Shown one piece after another: positions 49,942-60,217 of a DNA stretch of 64,000 bases. This DNA is from a virus (lineage: Duplodnaviria; Heunggongvirae; Uroviricota; Caudoviricetes). Every line of letters starts with the position of its first letter. The first letter of the stretch is position 1. A program made the position numbers and the translations under genes. Location of the stretch: the IMG/VR virus record IMGVR_UViG_3300034157_000063; one strand, given 5' to 3'. Below the pieces are notes generated by a model. That model was given only the letters and a program-made list of their open reading frames with translations. It searched no databases and was not told the DNA's origin.

Positions 49942-50702
49942 TGTCAAATACCTATTTTAAAAAAATTGAGATTGAAAGTGGTAGCACTTACGCATTGTTT
50001 GTAAGTGAATTAAAATATATTTCTATAATTGATATTCCATATACTTCTTTTGAACATTTACAGATGATTAAATACATTGATATGATTGTTGATGATGTGA
50101 TGGTTTATGGAGTTGATTTTAAAGTTGAATTTAGTATTTATATTGATCATCAAACAATGAATTTTGAATGCAATTATCTTTATCCATTCATTAACGGTCT
50201 AGTCATATTTATTATCGATCTGAGTCGAGATGTTAGCGTTCAACGTGTTTCTAAAACACTGGATCATATGATTGATATCAATATCATGCATGATCAGCAG
50301 ATTAATTATACAGATCTCAGTCAGCATACTATGTTTGGTAACATTGATATCGTTGATCAAGCCTTATTTTATGATGGTAAATTAAAAGAAGTATTTTCTA
50401 AGCGTTCACTTTTTGAAGAAAGTATTAAATTTTCCTTCTTTGACTTAAATTTTTTAAATAATGGGGCGACGGAAATTCAACTTCTTTCTCTCAGTGCTGG
50501 TGTATCTATTTGGATTGATATTAATAAGGTTTCATTTAGATTTGATGGTAAAGATTCATCTAGTTGGTATTTTACTGATGAGGCTTCATTTGATATGTTA
50601 TCAATACGTCAATTATTTGTACTCTACCTTGGCAAAAAATTGAATAAGCCCATTATAGACGTTCGAAGAGAAATCCAATTGATTGAAATGCAAACTATTT
50701 AG
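49941..50702 (+). CDS. tandem-array family member, C-terminus ..QLIEMQTI
   Basis: Close paralog of 49153; TAATG stop-start coupling. Confidence 0.8.
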   Translation: MSNTYFKKIEIESGSTYALFVSELKYISIIDIPYTSFEHLQMIKYIDMIVDDVMVYGVDFKVEFSIYIDHQTMNFECNYLYPFINGLVIFIIDLSRDVSVQRVSKTLDHMIDINIMHDQQINYTDLSQHTMFGNIDIVDQALFYDGKLKEVFSKRSLFEESIKFSFFDLNFLNNGATEIQLLSLSAGVSIWIDINKVSFRFDGKDSSSWYFTDEASFDMLSIRQLFVLYLGKKLNKPIIDVRREIQLIEMQTI

Positions 50703-50732
50703 TAGACAACAAAAAAGTCCCGAAGGACTTTT

Positions 50733-52007
50733 TTATTGTTTCTTTTTTAATCTAATATTATCAATGTTATGATCAGTAAAGTATTTCTCTTGTATTTTTT
50801 TACTAACAATTAAATTTAATACTTTTTGAATTTTAACCGATCTATCAAAGCCATAAGGACTTTTCACTCGACCTAATTCTAAAACCGCTAATACGCCAGT
50901 GCTATTGCCAAAAATAGCTTCTATACTGCCATTAACATAATTATGCACCCAAATATCTTTAAGCCCCTTGGATTCAAGGTGAACAACTACTTCTTTGATT
51001 TTTTTATGATGTTCATTAACTACAAATTCATATTTATCAAGTCTTTCTTTGATTTCATGATTTTTAGGTTCTTGTTTAATAGCATATTGCACACCATTGT
51101 AAGGTAGTGCATACATGTTTTTTGTAAGATCACATTTACCCTTCAGAGCGACTAGTTTAGCTCCAAATTCTTTATAGTGAATATTTAGTTCATCCATTGT
51201 TAATCCATCATTTAAAAAATAATCAATTTTATATAGCAAGAACATTACTTCATTAATTCTACCTTTGTATTCGTCAACGGCATTATTTAAATAAGCACTC
51301 ACCAGTGTACGTTCTTTTTTAGCTAGTTTTTTCAAATTAGAAGTATAAGCCAAAACCTCATCAGATGTTGTTGCTTTTTTTAATTTATGTTCTTTCATGA
51401 AACTTTCTTCAGTTCTGATAAAGGAAAATTCATGTTCCATTGGAATAAATGGGTCAGATTTCGATGTAGATTCTTTGAATAGTTTATTCGATGTGGGCAC
51501 TTCAAAAAAACGAACATCAACAATATCAAGTGTTTTCGATCTGTCTTTTAAGTTTGAGTAGTAACCCGCAAAATCACTGGATGTTCGTTCCATTGAGTGA
51601 GATTGTCCAGCCGCTTGATAAATACTCTTTAAATTCGCAGCAAATTCTTTCGCTCTCTCTACTAACTCATTAACAACTTTTAAAGGTGGATTTTCATCAA
51701 AGAAAAAAACTATAGAATTATAGCTCGTATGACAGCGATATAAGAAATCCGTTGGTAATTCTGCATAGGGTCTTTGAAAAATGTCAGAATAGGTAAATCT
51801 CGTGACATCATCATACCGCACCATTTTTTCAACAAAATGTTTATGAAGCCATTCTTGATGTTTAACTTTACCATGAGCCTGCTTTGCAAATGCATACCCC
51901 CTATAAGAATCAACAACCTTTCCGGTTACATAAGCTGACATTTCACGATGAAAGTTACCTGTGTATTGTGTCGTATCAATGGCTAATGCATAATGTTTTT
52001 CTTTCAT
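50733..52007 (-). CDS. hypothetical protein (phage-type IDT..Y.GNF.REM.AY.TG N-terminus)
   Basis: 424-aa ORF; GAGG SD. Confidence 0.7.
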   Translation of the reverse strand: MKEKHYALAIDTTQYTGNFHREMSAYVTGKVVDSYRGYAFAKQAHGKVKHQEWLHKHFVEKMVRYDDVTRFTYSDIFQRPYAELPTDFLYRCHTSYNSIVFFFDENPPLKVVNELVERAKEFAANLKSIYQAAGQSHSMERTSSDFAGYYSNLKDRSKTLDIVDVRFFEVPTSNKLFKESTSKSDPFIPMEHEFSFIRTEESFMKEHKLKKATTSDEVLAYTSNLKKLAKKERTLVSAYLNNAVDEYKGRINEVMFLLYKIDYFLNDGLTMDELNIHYKEFGAKLVALKGKCDLTKNMYALPYNGVQYAIKQEPKNHEIKERLDKYEFVVNEHHKKIKEVVVHLESKGLKDIWVHNYVNGSIEAIFGNSTGVLAVLELGRVKSPYGFDRSVKIQKVLNLIVSKKIQEKYFTDHNIDNIRLKKKQ

Positions 52008-52093
52008 GTTATGGCCTCTTAATTATCATGAGACTTTATCATATTGTAATGTTTTTATCAATAATTTTTTTCATTAACATAATAAAAAACCCC

Positions 52094-52738
52094 TTACTTG
52101 GGGTTTTCTTTTTGAGCGTTTTTTGCTACTGTTCGCCTAACAGGAGCTTTTCTTGGTGTTTTTGGCACCATATTAGCTTCGGCTTCTTTTTTTTGTGCTT
52201 CTACAATTGATTTAATCTTTAGTAAATTCAATTTAGGCTTATTGATGTCAGCCATCGGACAATGAGGAAACTCTTCTGTATGATCAGGATTCTTGTCTTC
52301 TGGTAACAATTGTTTTAGTTTCTTCTCTTTGATTTTCTTAATCTTGTTAGTTTCAACTAATGAGATAAGATTTCCGTTAATATCATCGGCTATGATACCA
52401 ATAGAATCTTTGTCCATGATTAGGCATCGCACCTTCCATTCGTTCTCACTCATCTTATCAAAGATCTTTGATGGTTCATTTAACGATAGCTTGATTTTAA
52501 TGGCACCATCATTGGTATCGCTCTCATAATAAAAGCCTCTGAGTATAAAAGATTTTTCTTTGTCTTTTACTTTCTCTATTTTTGTACCATGAAAAGAATA
52601 TTCAAAGTTATGGGGCAACTTGATTTTAACAATGTCATCCAGTTTTGAAAGATCTTTTTCTTTCTTGAAAAATGCTGCAACGCCTCGGCCATTATTCTTT
52701 TTTATCAAATCTAATAATTTTTTAATTTTTGTCTTCAT
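52094..52738 (-). CDS. Lys-rich hypothetical protein
   Basis: 214-aa ORF with AGGTG SD. Confidence 0.7.
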   Translation of the reverse strand: MKTKIKKLLDLIKKNNGRGVAAFFKKEKDLSKLDDIVKIKLPHNFEYSFHGTKIEKVKDKEKSFILRGFYYESDTNDGAIKIKLSLNEPSKIFDKMSENEWKVRCLIMDKDSIGIIADDINGNLISLVETNKIKKIKEKKLKQLLPEDKNPDHTEEFPHCPMADINKPKLNLLKIKSIVEAQKKEAEANMVPKTPRKAPVRRTVAKNAQKENPK

Positions 52739-52778
52739 AATTCACCTGTCGTATAATTTATTTATTTATAAAAAAAAC

Positions 52779-55181
52779 TCACTTAAGCAGTGAGTTGATT
52801 TCAATCTTTTCGTAACTGTTTTCTGTATTCCTACTAGTAAACACATAAGCACTATCAGTCGTAATCGCTACATCTGTATCGTCATTTAATATCGGGGTTT
52901 CACCGACCTTAACACTTTCAAACAAATCAAACACTGATGGTAATGTGTTCAAATACTCAACAAATGCTGGCATTCTCTCAGACAGCAAAGTACCGTTTGT
53001 TTCTGCTGAATGAACATGACCATACAAGTTAGCATCCATATAAACCACTTTCCTTTCAACCAAGTCGAGGTAAGCCACATACTTGGTCAAATTCTTACCT
53101 TTCACTTCAAAGACAAATTGAGCACGGCTTGGTTCGTAAAGATTGCCTTCTTCAGCATTCTCACCCATTTGCAATGTGCCGACTAAATCATCAGCCGCAT
53201 CGAATGGTTGACTGTTGAACGACAAGATATTCCAGACCGCATAACGCACACCAGAATTAACCAATTTGTCGATATACAAATCAATCATTTGGCAACCACG
53301 ACCCGCAGTGTCTTGACTAATCACTGGATCTCCTGAGAATACTGCACCAGCATTTGTATTTCTATCCAAGAAATGATCTTCACTTGTCGTTGAGTAAACG
53401 GCATTCCAGCAACAAGCCCCTTTTGAACCCCAGTTTTCATCAAAGAAGTTCCAGCTATTATCAAACCAGATGTTACCAGAATCCTTCATCTGCCAGTAAC
53501 TTGCACTGCGAATGAAATTGATATTTTCAGGCATATCAAACACGGTACCACGACCATAATTAGCCGCAAGGTTTTGATCATTGGTTTGAAGCTTAATCTT
53601 GCTTGTAGCTTTATCCAGCATAACGCCTTTTGGAAAGAGAACTTCCATACGTTTAGCAATCTCTGTATTGACAGCAGTTACGATAGTTTCTACAGATTCA
53701 GCAGACAACATGACTTTGCCATTTTTAATTGGCTTGTAGACTTTTTTCTCAGGTGCTACATAACGTTGATACACAGGCTTTGGTGAAGGAACAAACATAG
53801 GCTCAGGAGCAGGCTCAAGATTACCTTTGAACTTTTCAATCAACATCGCTAAGGCGTCACTGGATGGAATGCCAGATTTAACTTCTGTAATAGCCGGTTG
53901 CTCAACCTCAGTTTTTACCACTTCGACAATGGCAGGTTCCACAATATCAACGGCTTTTACTTTTTGTTTCTTCTCTGCTTTCACAGGTGCTACGAATTCT
54001 TTTTCCACTGAGGCGTCTTTTTCAACACGTTGAATAAAGTGGGCACTTGTCCAGTTACCTTTTGGTGCATAGATGAAGTGCTGACGATCATTAATAGTGG
54101 TCACATACTTTTTCAACTTCAACAGTTGTAACGTATCAAATTGATCAATCTTAGCCACAATCGCATCCACAGCTTTTTCACCAAACACTTCGTAAAGCTT
54201 ATGGAAACGACGCATCAAGTCACCTTGACGGTTTGAAAGCATATTAAACACTGTATCATCTTTGGTCAAGACTTTGTTTTCAACCTTGGCGTTGAAGCTT
54301 TTAAGCTCGCCATTGCACAAAGTGCCATAGACAGCCGTTACTTTCGGGAAGTTGTAATCTTTTGGGTGAAGCTGGAACATAAATTTCTTCCAGTCTTGTT
54401 GACGCATAGCCACGTCATCAGCCAAATTATTAGACTTGTTCAACAAAGACAACAAAGCCTTACGCTCTTTACGAGTGAATTTTTTGAATTTTACTTTGGT
54501 GCGAAGTGAAACATCCGCATCGGACATTGCTGCAGCCAAACGCATTACATCGGTAGCGTCTTTAATAGTGAAATTAAGACCGCTTTCAATCGCTTGCTTG
54601 ATAATTACGATACCGTTCTCTTTGAAGCCGAAATCGCTCAAATTGATAGTTTCTTGTGTATGGTTAGTAAATAGCTGGCTGGCGAAATCCTTTTGTTGAT
54701 CATTCCAACGGTTTTTAGATTGAACAAGTGTCGCCCTGATAGTATTCAAGGTGTCTTCTTTTTCAAGATGAAGGACTTTCAAGTTCTTTTGATCTTTGAG
54801 AGCTGGACGTTCTACTTTATCATCAGCGAAATAGTCTGGGCTAAAACCAACATACATCAAAATCTGGCAGAACCAGTATTCAGCTTCAGATTTATCAAGC
54901 ACTTCTTTTGGGAAGTTTTTGTAAACAACAGCCGAATCCATATCACGATCAGAAGCTGTCACCTCTTTGAAAGCAGGTTCCACCGCCAACCAGAATGACT
55001 CTAAATCTTGTGCTGTATAGGTTTGAAGTTGTTCGATGACTTCACGAGATGGAGTCCAGCCATAGTGAACCATGTTGGCAAATACAGTAGACAGTTCTTC
55101 TTTGGTCGCAGGTGTGCCGGAAACAACGCGAGTTGCTTGCACAAAATTGTTTGCCAAAAGAATTGTGTTTGTATTTATCAT
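52779..55181 (-). CDS. large protein with C-terminal TerD-like domain
   Basis: VYKNFP, RQGDLMRRF, YAPKGN, YGRGT, FSGDP..GCQMIDLY..GVRYAVWNILSF motifs; GGAG SD before ATG 55181. Confidence 0.6.
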   Translation of the reverse strand: MINTNTILLANNFVQATRVVSGTPATKEELSTVFANMVHYGWTPSREVIEQLQTYTAQDLESFWLAVEPAFKEVTASDRDMDSAVVYKNFPKEVLDKSEAEYWFCQILMYVGFSPDYFADDKVERPALKDQKNLKVLHLEKEDTLNTIRATLVQSKNRWNDQQKDFASQLFTNHTQETINLSDFGFKENGIVIIKQAIESGLNFTIKDATDVMRLAAAMSDADVSLRTKVKFKKFTRKERKALLSLLNKSNNLADDVAMRQQDWKKFMFQLHPKDYNFPKVTAVYGTLCNGELKSFNAKVENKVLTKDDTVFNMLSNRQGDLMRRFHKLYEVFGEKAVDAIVAKIDQFDTLQLLKLKKYVTTINDRQHFIYAPKGNWTSAHFIQRVEKDASVEKEFVAPVKAEKKQKVKAVDIVEPAIVEVVKTEVEQPAITEVKSGIPSSDALAMLIEKFKGNLEPAPEPMFVPSPKPVYQRYVAPEKKVYKPIKNGKVMLSAESVETIVTAVNTEIAKRMEVLFPKGVMLDKATSKIKLQTNDQNLAANYGRGTVFDMPENINFIRSASYWQMKDSGNIWFDNSWNFFDENWGSKGACCWNAVYSTTSEDHFLDRNTNAGAVFSGDPVISQDTAGRGCQMIDLYIDKLVNSGVRYAVWNILSFNSQPFDAADDLVGTLQMGENAEEGNLYEPSRAQFVFEVKGKNLTKYVAYLDLVERKVVYMDANLYGHVHSAETNGTLLSERMPAFVEYLNTLPSVFDLFESVKVGETPILNDDTDVAITTDSAYVFTSRNTENSYEKIEINSLLK

Positions 55182-55336
55182 GTTCAATATTTCTCCTAAT
55201 TGATTTAATGTAACATCAAATAATACGCTCATAAAGCACTTAAGTCAAGCACCTTTATGCTTTTTTTTGTGATTTTTTGATAGCATATCTTCTTATCATG
55301 TGATATCATTAGGCACCAATAATGTGGAGAATATTT

Positions 55337-56041
55337 ATGGCGTTTTTAAATTTTACAACCCGAGAAGAATTCATGGCAATTGTCTATGCTGACAAGGATA
55401 CTGTTCGATTGACCAATTCCAAAGATGCTCCGTCAGAACTAGCTCTTATTGAATCTTTTGGTTTTAAAAGAATAGAGCGTGGCAGTATTGAACACGCTAT
55501 TAGTTTGCATGGCATTACCTATCGTTTTATTGATGAGGCGACTGACACCACCATTTATGTATCATTCAGTAATCCAGTGAAGTTGGGTACTGGTATCTCG
55601 TATATGCTCAATAAACATTTTTTCTCTACGTCCAAGAAAGTGTATCACAGAGAAAATAGCCAGCCAGCGTTTATTAGTTATCATGGGAGTGGTAAGCCAC
55701 ATATTGAAAACTATGCAATCAATGGACAAACACCAGCACTTACCATTATTGATGGAAAAGAATACGCTTATCTGACTACTATCAAATCGACCAGAACAAC
55801 TAAAGATTATCTGTTCAAAAAACAAAAATGGCACGCTACTCAATATCGACTCAACAATAAAACAATGACGCCATTACAAGTTACCTATTACAATGATAAA
55901 TTTCCAACAAGCTTTATTGAATTCCATGCTTTAAAACGACTGTATCCTGATTTGGCTCGACTGGTTGGTTATGAACGTATCAATTTAAATAAGAGTTTGA
56001 CACCCGAAGAAATCACGCTGCTTGAAATGATGATGTTTTAA
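55337..56041 (+). CDS. hypothetical protein with shared C-terminal motif (..TLLEMMMF)
   Basis: GGAG SD. Confidence 0.7.
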   Translation: MAFLNFTTREEFMAIVYADKDTVRLTNSKDAPSELALIESFGFKRIERGSIEHAISLHGITYRFIDEATDTTIYVSFSNPVKLGTGISYMLNKHFFSTSKKVYHRENSQPAFISYHGSGKPHIENYAINGQTPALTIIDGKEYAYLTTIKSTRTTKDYLFKKQKWHATQYRLNNKTMTPLQVTYYNDKFPTSFIEFHALKRLYPDLARLVGYERINLNKSLTPEEITLLEMMMF

Positions 56042-56127
56042 ATAACGAATTTCTTTATTGAATGTCATATTCGTTGACCTAATCATCTTTTTTTGATATA
56101 ATATGAAAATAAATTAAGGAGTTAAAC

Positions 56128-57312
56128 ATGTATCCAGTTATCAAACACGGCTCAGAAGATTCTTTGGACATTGATGCGTATATCATCATTCCAGAACCAC
56201 TTACTATGCAAGAAGCCAAGAAGCTTTGCGATTCTTACAAAGAAGTAAACGGCAACCTTTTGAGCGTTAAAGACGGTGTTGTTAACTGGTGCTACAAAGG
56301 TACCGTGGATGAGTGTAACAACTCTATCCTTGCAACCTATGCTCTGCACAAACAAGAAGCAGCCAACCCGATTACTGCATCTTTGCCACGTTCGTATGCT
56401 TTGAAAATGATTCGCACTGTTCGTGGGTTGCTCTCTTATCATTCTCGCACTGAAAAGCGTGAAGAAGTCAAAAAAGCATTGCAATCTGCGGATATGTTGT
56501 TCAAGTTGGATGTGTTGACTGGCATTGATTTGCGTGATGTGGCTGACTATCAAAAATCGTCGCTGGTAGAAACCTACAAGTTCTTTGCCTTTCAGTTAGG
56601 TCAAACTATGGCACTGTTAAAAGATAATGTGGAACTGTTTACTAAAAGCTCAGTGGCTGAATACTACCCTGAGTTGACTGGCTACTTGCAGCGTAAAGAA
56701 GGTGAACCTGTAGACGCATTGCAAAAAATGTGGGCTGACTTTGGTGTTTACTTGAAAGAAACTGTTCGTAAAGTTGAAAAGCATGAATTGTATGCCACTG
56801 ATTATCAGGGTGTTCGTGAAGTGTTCGATTGTAAGAAAGAAATTATCTTACCACCAGTGGTTGTATTTGACATTGATGGTACTTTGCTGGATGAAAAACA
56901 TCGTGCTCAATACCGTGATGTGAAAGATTGGGATAACTATTTTGACTTGTGTCACTTGGATACACCTATTCAACACATTATTGATTTGACCAAAGAATAT
57001 CGGGCAAAAGGTTTCGAAATTTGGTTGATGAGTGGGCGAGTGGATCGAATCATGGATAAAACCATTAAATCTATGGAAGATTATGGTGTTTGTTATGACC
57101 GTATCAAATTGCGTAGCCCAGAAAACCGAGTACCTGATTTTGTGATCAAGCCTGCTTGGATTTCAAAATACATCGGATTGGAACGTGTTGTAGCTGTTTA
57201 TGATGATACTGACCGTGTTATCGAAGGTTTTCGTAAAAAGGGGTTGAACGTCATTGATGTTAAATTGATGGGCGTTCCAGCTCAGGTTAAAAAGCCAAAA
57301 ATGAAGCCTTAA
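56128..57312 (+). CDS. putative nucleotidyltransferase fused to a HAD phosphatase (PNKP 3'-phosphatase-like)
   Basis: N-terminal HGSEDSLDIDAY (hGS..DhD); C-terminal VFDIDGTL, LMSGR, K, YDD HAD motifs. Confidence 0.7.
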   Translation: MYPVIKHGSEDSLDIDAYIIIPEPLTMQEAKKLCDSYKEVNGNLLSVKDGVVNWCYKGTVDECNNSILATYALHKQEAANPITASLPRSYALKMIRTVRGLLSYHSRTEKREEVKKALQSADMLFKLDVLTGIDLRDVADYQKSSLVETYKFFAFQLGQTMALLKDNVELFTKSSVAEYYPELTGYLQRKEGEPVDALQKMWADFGVYLKETVRKVEKHELYATDYQGVREVFDCKKEIILPPVVVFDIDGTLLDEKHRAQYRDVKDWDNYFDLCHLDTPIQHIIDLTKEYRAKGFEIWLMSGRVDRIMDKTIKSMEDYGVCYDRIKLRSPENRVPDFVIKPAWISKYIGLERVVAVYDDTDRVIEGFRKKGLNVIDVKLMGVPAQVKKPKMKP

Positions 57313-57421
57313 TGTTAATTTAAAAGCCTTTATCCATGAAGCCAGCTATAGCGATATAGTTGGCTTTTTTATACCAATTATGTTAAAATAAGGTTGTTTT
57401 CTTAGATTGGAGAAATTTTAA

Positions 57422-58465
57422 GTGATACGACATTATGATTTACTTTTATCAGAGATAAAAACCTTTTATGATTTAGATAATTGCCCTGTTATTCAAGGCA
57501 GTCGATGCAATGTTTATTTACTTGATAGAAGTCCAAGAGATTATCAATTTATGGTGAATCTCTTCAGACCTGAGAATGCCAATCATAACATTTCAAAAAT
57601 TAAACAAATGTCATCGTTGTATGATTTACTTCATCACGTTGATTCTGAATATTCCACCATTAGTAACAAACAGTTAAGGATTGAGATTCAACATGTTTCT
57701 GAATCCAATGATAGAGGTCTTGTTCAAGTTTCTTTTGGACATGTCCTTCATTTTTCAATAGAAAAAAAGGCGAAAACGATTCCAGAAGAAATTCGGTGTT
57801 GTTCGTTAGTTGTCAAGGATGGCTCACGTATTGACAATGAACAGTTTGAAGTAAATTATTCTGAATTACTGGCAAAACTTGCTCAATTTATTGATAAAAA
57901 TATGACCATTCAGGAATTTAATGAGCGAGATAAAAAAACGCTAGATGAGATAAGAACCGAGAATTTGAACAACAAAGATCTTACTTATTGCAGTAAAGCA
58001 GATTGTGCTACCTATTTCTATAGTTTTCCACGACCACCAGAAGATTTTTTTGTGCCATTAACAAGAGTTTTTAGTAAAAATCTTATGCACCAAGTTAAAA
58101 CGATTGAAGCATTACTTCGTTTTGAATCGGATCTTCATCATAATCGATCTGTTTATGAGTTGGTATTTAACCATAATCTTTCTGATTTTAAATTTATACT
58201 TCCAAATCTCTTGTATTCTATCACTTTTGAGTATGAACAGGATTTAAATTTAAGTGTAACACTTTACTTTCAATTTAAAACGGATGTGCTTCGGTATCTT
58301 GAAATTGATCATTATACACACAAGAAGGTTGATATATTGGGGTATGAAGCGATCTACGACTATATTTCAAATCGTATTAAAAAGTTTATCACTTCCAATC
58401 TTGGGGTGTCACAGGAAGAGATAACAAACGAATCAATTTTGCTTTATAGAATGATGGCAATATGA
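57422..58465 (+). CDS. hypothetical protein with shared C-terminal motif (..LLYRMMAI)
   Basis: 347-aa ORF; GGAG SD; GTG start. Confidence 0.7.
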   Translation: MIRHYDLLLSEIKTFYDLDNCPVIQGSRCNVYLLDRSPRDYQFMVNLFRPENANHNISKIKQMSSLYDLLHHVDSEYSTISNKQLRIEIQHVSESNDRGLVQVSFGHVLHFSIEKKAKTIPEEIRCCSLVVKDGSRIDNEQFEVNYSELLAKLAQFIDKNMTIQEFNERDKKTLDEIRTENLNNKDLTYCSKADCATYFYSFPRPPEDFFVPLTRVFSKNLMHQVKTIEALLRFESDLHHNRSVYELVFNHNLSDFKFILPNLLYSITFEYEQDLNLSVTLYFQFKTDVLRYLEIDHYTHKKVDILGYEAIYDYISNRIKKFITSNLGVSQEEITNESILLYRMMAI

Positions 58466-58510
58466 CTAACAAAAAAAGACCTTCTCAGGTCTTTTTGTTT
58501 ATTTCAATTA

Positions 58511-59347
58511 TTATTTTTTAGCTTGTGTTTCTGCCACAACTTCGCCATCACCCAGTTTAACTCTTAACTGATTGATAATATCTTGTAGTTGTTCTTTACT
58601 GGCAGCTTGCATTAAGACCAGTGTATTGTCGTCATTTTGATTACTGGTTGGCATAAAGATAAAGGCAGGTGTTCCATGTATTCCAATCTTCTTAGACAGT
58701 TCCATATTCTTATCAATCTTGTCTTTGTATTCATTAGGTTTTAATTTTGGGTCTACACCAACAAGTTTTGCTGCCTTTTCAACATCCGCCACTGTCAATT
58801 CACCTTCAAAATGTTTTGTTGCATAAATAGCATCATGGTATTTAAGGTAGGCTTCATTTCCTTTTTCTTGAAATACTTTGTTGGCTAATTGTGCAGCTAA
58901 TTTAGAAGTTGGGAAGTTATCTTCAAAAATAGGCATCTCTTTAAATACGAATTTTATATCAGGGTTGTTTTTCATAATCACTTTTAATTCTGGTGCAACT
59001 CTTGAACAATACACACAGTTATAGTCGAAAAATTCAACGATGGCTATTTTTGCATTTTCAGGGCCAATAAATGGGGTGTCTTTATCGTTTAATACTTGAT
59101 CTTGTAATTCAATAGCGAGTTGAGCGGCATCTTTCAATTGAGACACCTGTGCTTGTTCTTGTTTTGCTTTTAAACCATTTGACATTTCAATCAATACTTC
59201 TGGGTTAGCTACCATGTAGTCTCGTGCTATTTTACCTATTTCTTCTTTGTCTTGTGCGGTTAATTTTGAGAAGTCGATTGATTCTGCCTGTGCGTTAAAT
59301 GTTAAGGCACCTAATAATGCCATACCTAATACTAATTTCTTTTTCAT
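58511..59347 (-). CDS. DsbA/Com1-like periplasmic thiol-disulfide oxidoreductase
   Basis: Signal peptide, NPEVL helix, EFFDYNCVYC (CxxC), KEMPI, GIHGTP cis-Pro loop. Confidence 0.9.
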   Translation of the reverse strand: MKKKLVLGMALLGALTFNAQAESIDFSKLTAQDKEEIGKIARDYMVANPEVLIEMSNGLKAKQEQAQVSQLKDAAQLAIELQDQVLNDKDTPFIGPENAKIAIVEFFDYNCVYCSRVAPELKVIMKNNPDIKFVFKEMPIFEDNFPTSKLAAQLANKVFQEKGNEAYLKYHDAIYATKHFEGELTVADVEKAAKLVGVDPKLKPNEYKDKIDKNMELSKKIGIHGTPAFIFMPTSNQNDDNTLVLMQAASKEQLQDIINQLRVKLGDGEVVAETQAKK

Positions 59348-59428
59348 TGATAAACCCCTGATGTTAATTCGTATTACTATAACACCAAGTAGTTTTTTAT
59401 CAAGGAGAGCACTTAAAAATAATATTTA

Positions 59429-60217
59429 TCATTTTAATTTTTCTAGCAGTAATTCCATTTCAGTGACGATCTTATTCACATCAGACTTATACAAACCAGC
59501 CGAACTAATGTTATTCACTTCAATGATTTTCGGACCTTTATCAGTTAAAGCAATGTCTATAACAAATGCTTGGCTTGGCGACCACAATTCAACCATTTTC
59601 TGTGCAAATACCAAGGCTTCTTTGTCAATCGAATCCGAAGTGATAAGTTGTCCACGTATTTTATATAAGCTACCTGTTACTATCTTTCCATCAATAACAA
59701 AGAATCGGTATTCAGCTAATATGGTTTTCTTCTCAGAAATGATTAAGAACTTATCTTTATGGGCATCAGTTATTTTAGTCGCAAGGGCCATCAATAAGTC
59801 TTCTTTCTTAAATAATCCACCTGTGATTAATTTATCATCTTCCAACGGACGAGCAAATACAGAATCCCATTCTTCTGGTATTTGTATGTCTGTAACCTTT
59901 TGTTTAAGGTATTCACCATTTAACATGTGCTCTTTTGTCCAGTTTTGTGTCCAACTGGCATAGTTAAAGTGGTCATTTGAAAATGAACCGGGCGAGAAAC
60001 CTCTTTCAGAGGCCATTCTGGATACGCGATAAGATCCTAATACAAATATATTTTTTGTGTCTGTAGGTTCAAATTTATCAAAAGTGTCTTTGAGATACAT
60101 ATTTTCATCATTTTTATAAATATCAATTTCAACTAACTCAACATTGTTAGATTTCAATATGTTTTTTATATTATCAATACCCACTTCAAAGTTTAAATTA
60201 TTTTGAACAATCCACAT
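59429..60217 (-). CDS. ATP-grasp domain protein (DUF4343/R2K-like)
   Basis: FARP..DDKLITG, EYRFFVIDGKIVTGSLY, FVIDIA..KIIEVN..SAGLY. Confidence 0.75.
   Translation of the reverse strand: MWIVQNNLNFEVGIDNIKNILKSNNVELVEIDIYKNDENMYLKDTFDKFEPTDTKNIFVLGSYRVSRMASERGFSPGSFSNDHFNYASWTQNWTKEHMLNGEYLKQKVTDIQIPEEWDSVFARPLEDDKLITGGLFKKEDLLMALATKITDAHKDKFLIISEKKTILAEYRFFVIDGKIVTGSLYKIRGQLITSDSIDKEALVFAQKMVELWSPSQAFVIDIALTDKGPKIIEVNNISSAGLYKSDVNKIVTEMELLLEKLK

Noticed and set aside
59247-59963. 238-aa plus-strand ORF overlapping the DsbA-like and ATP-grasp genes
   Set aside because: Antisense to two well-supported genes, with no family signature.
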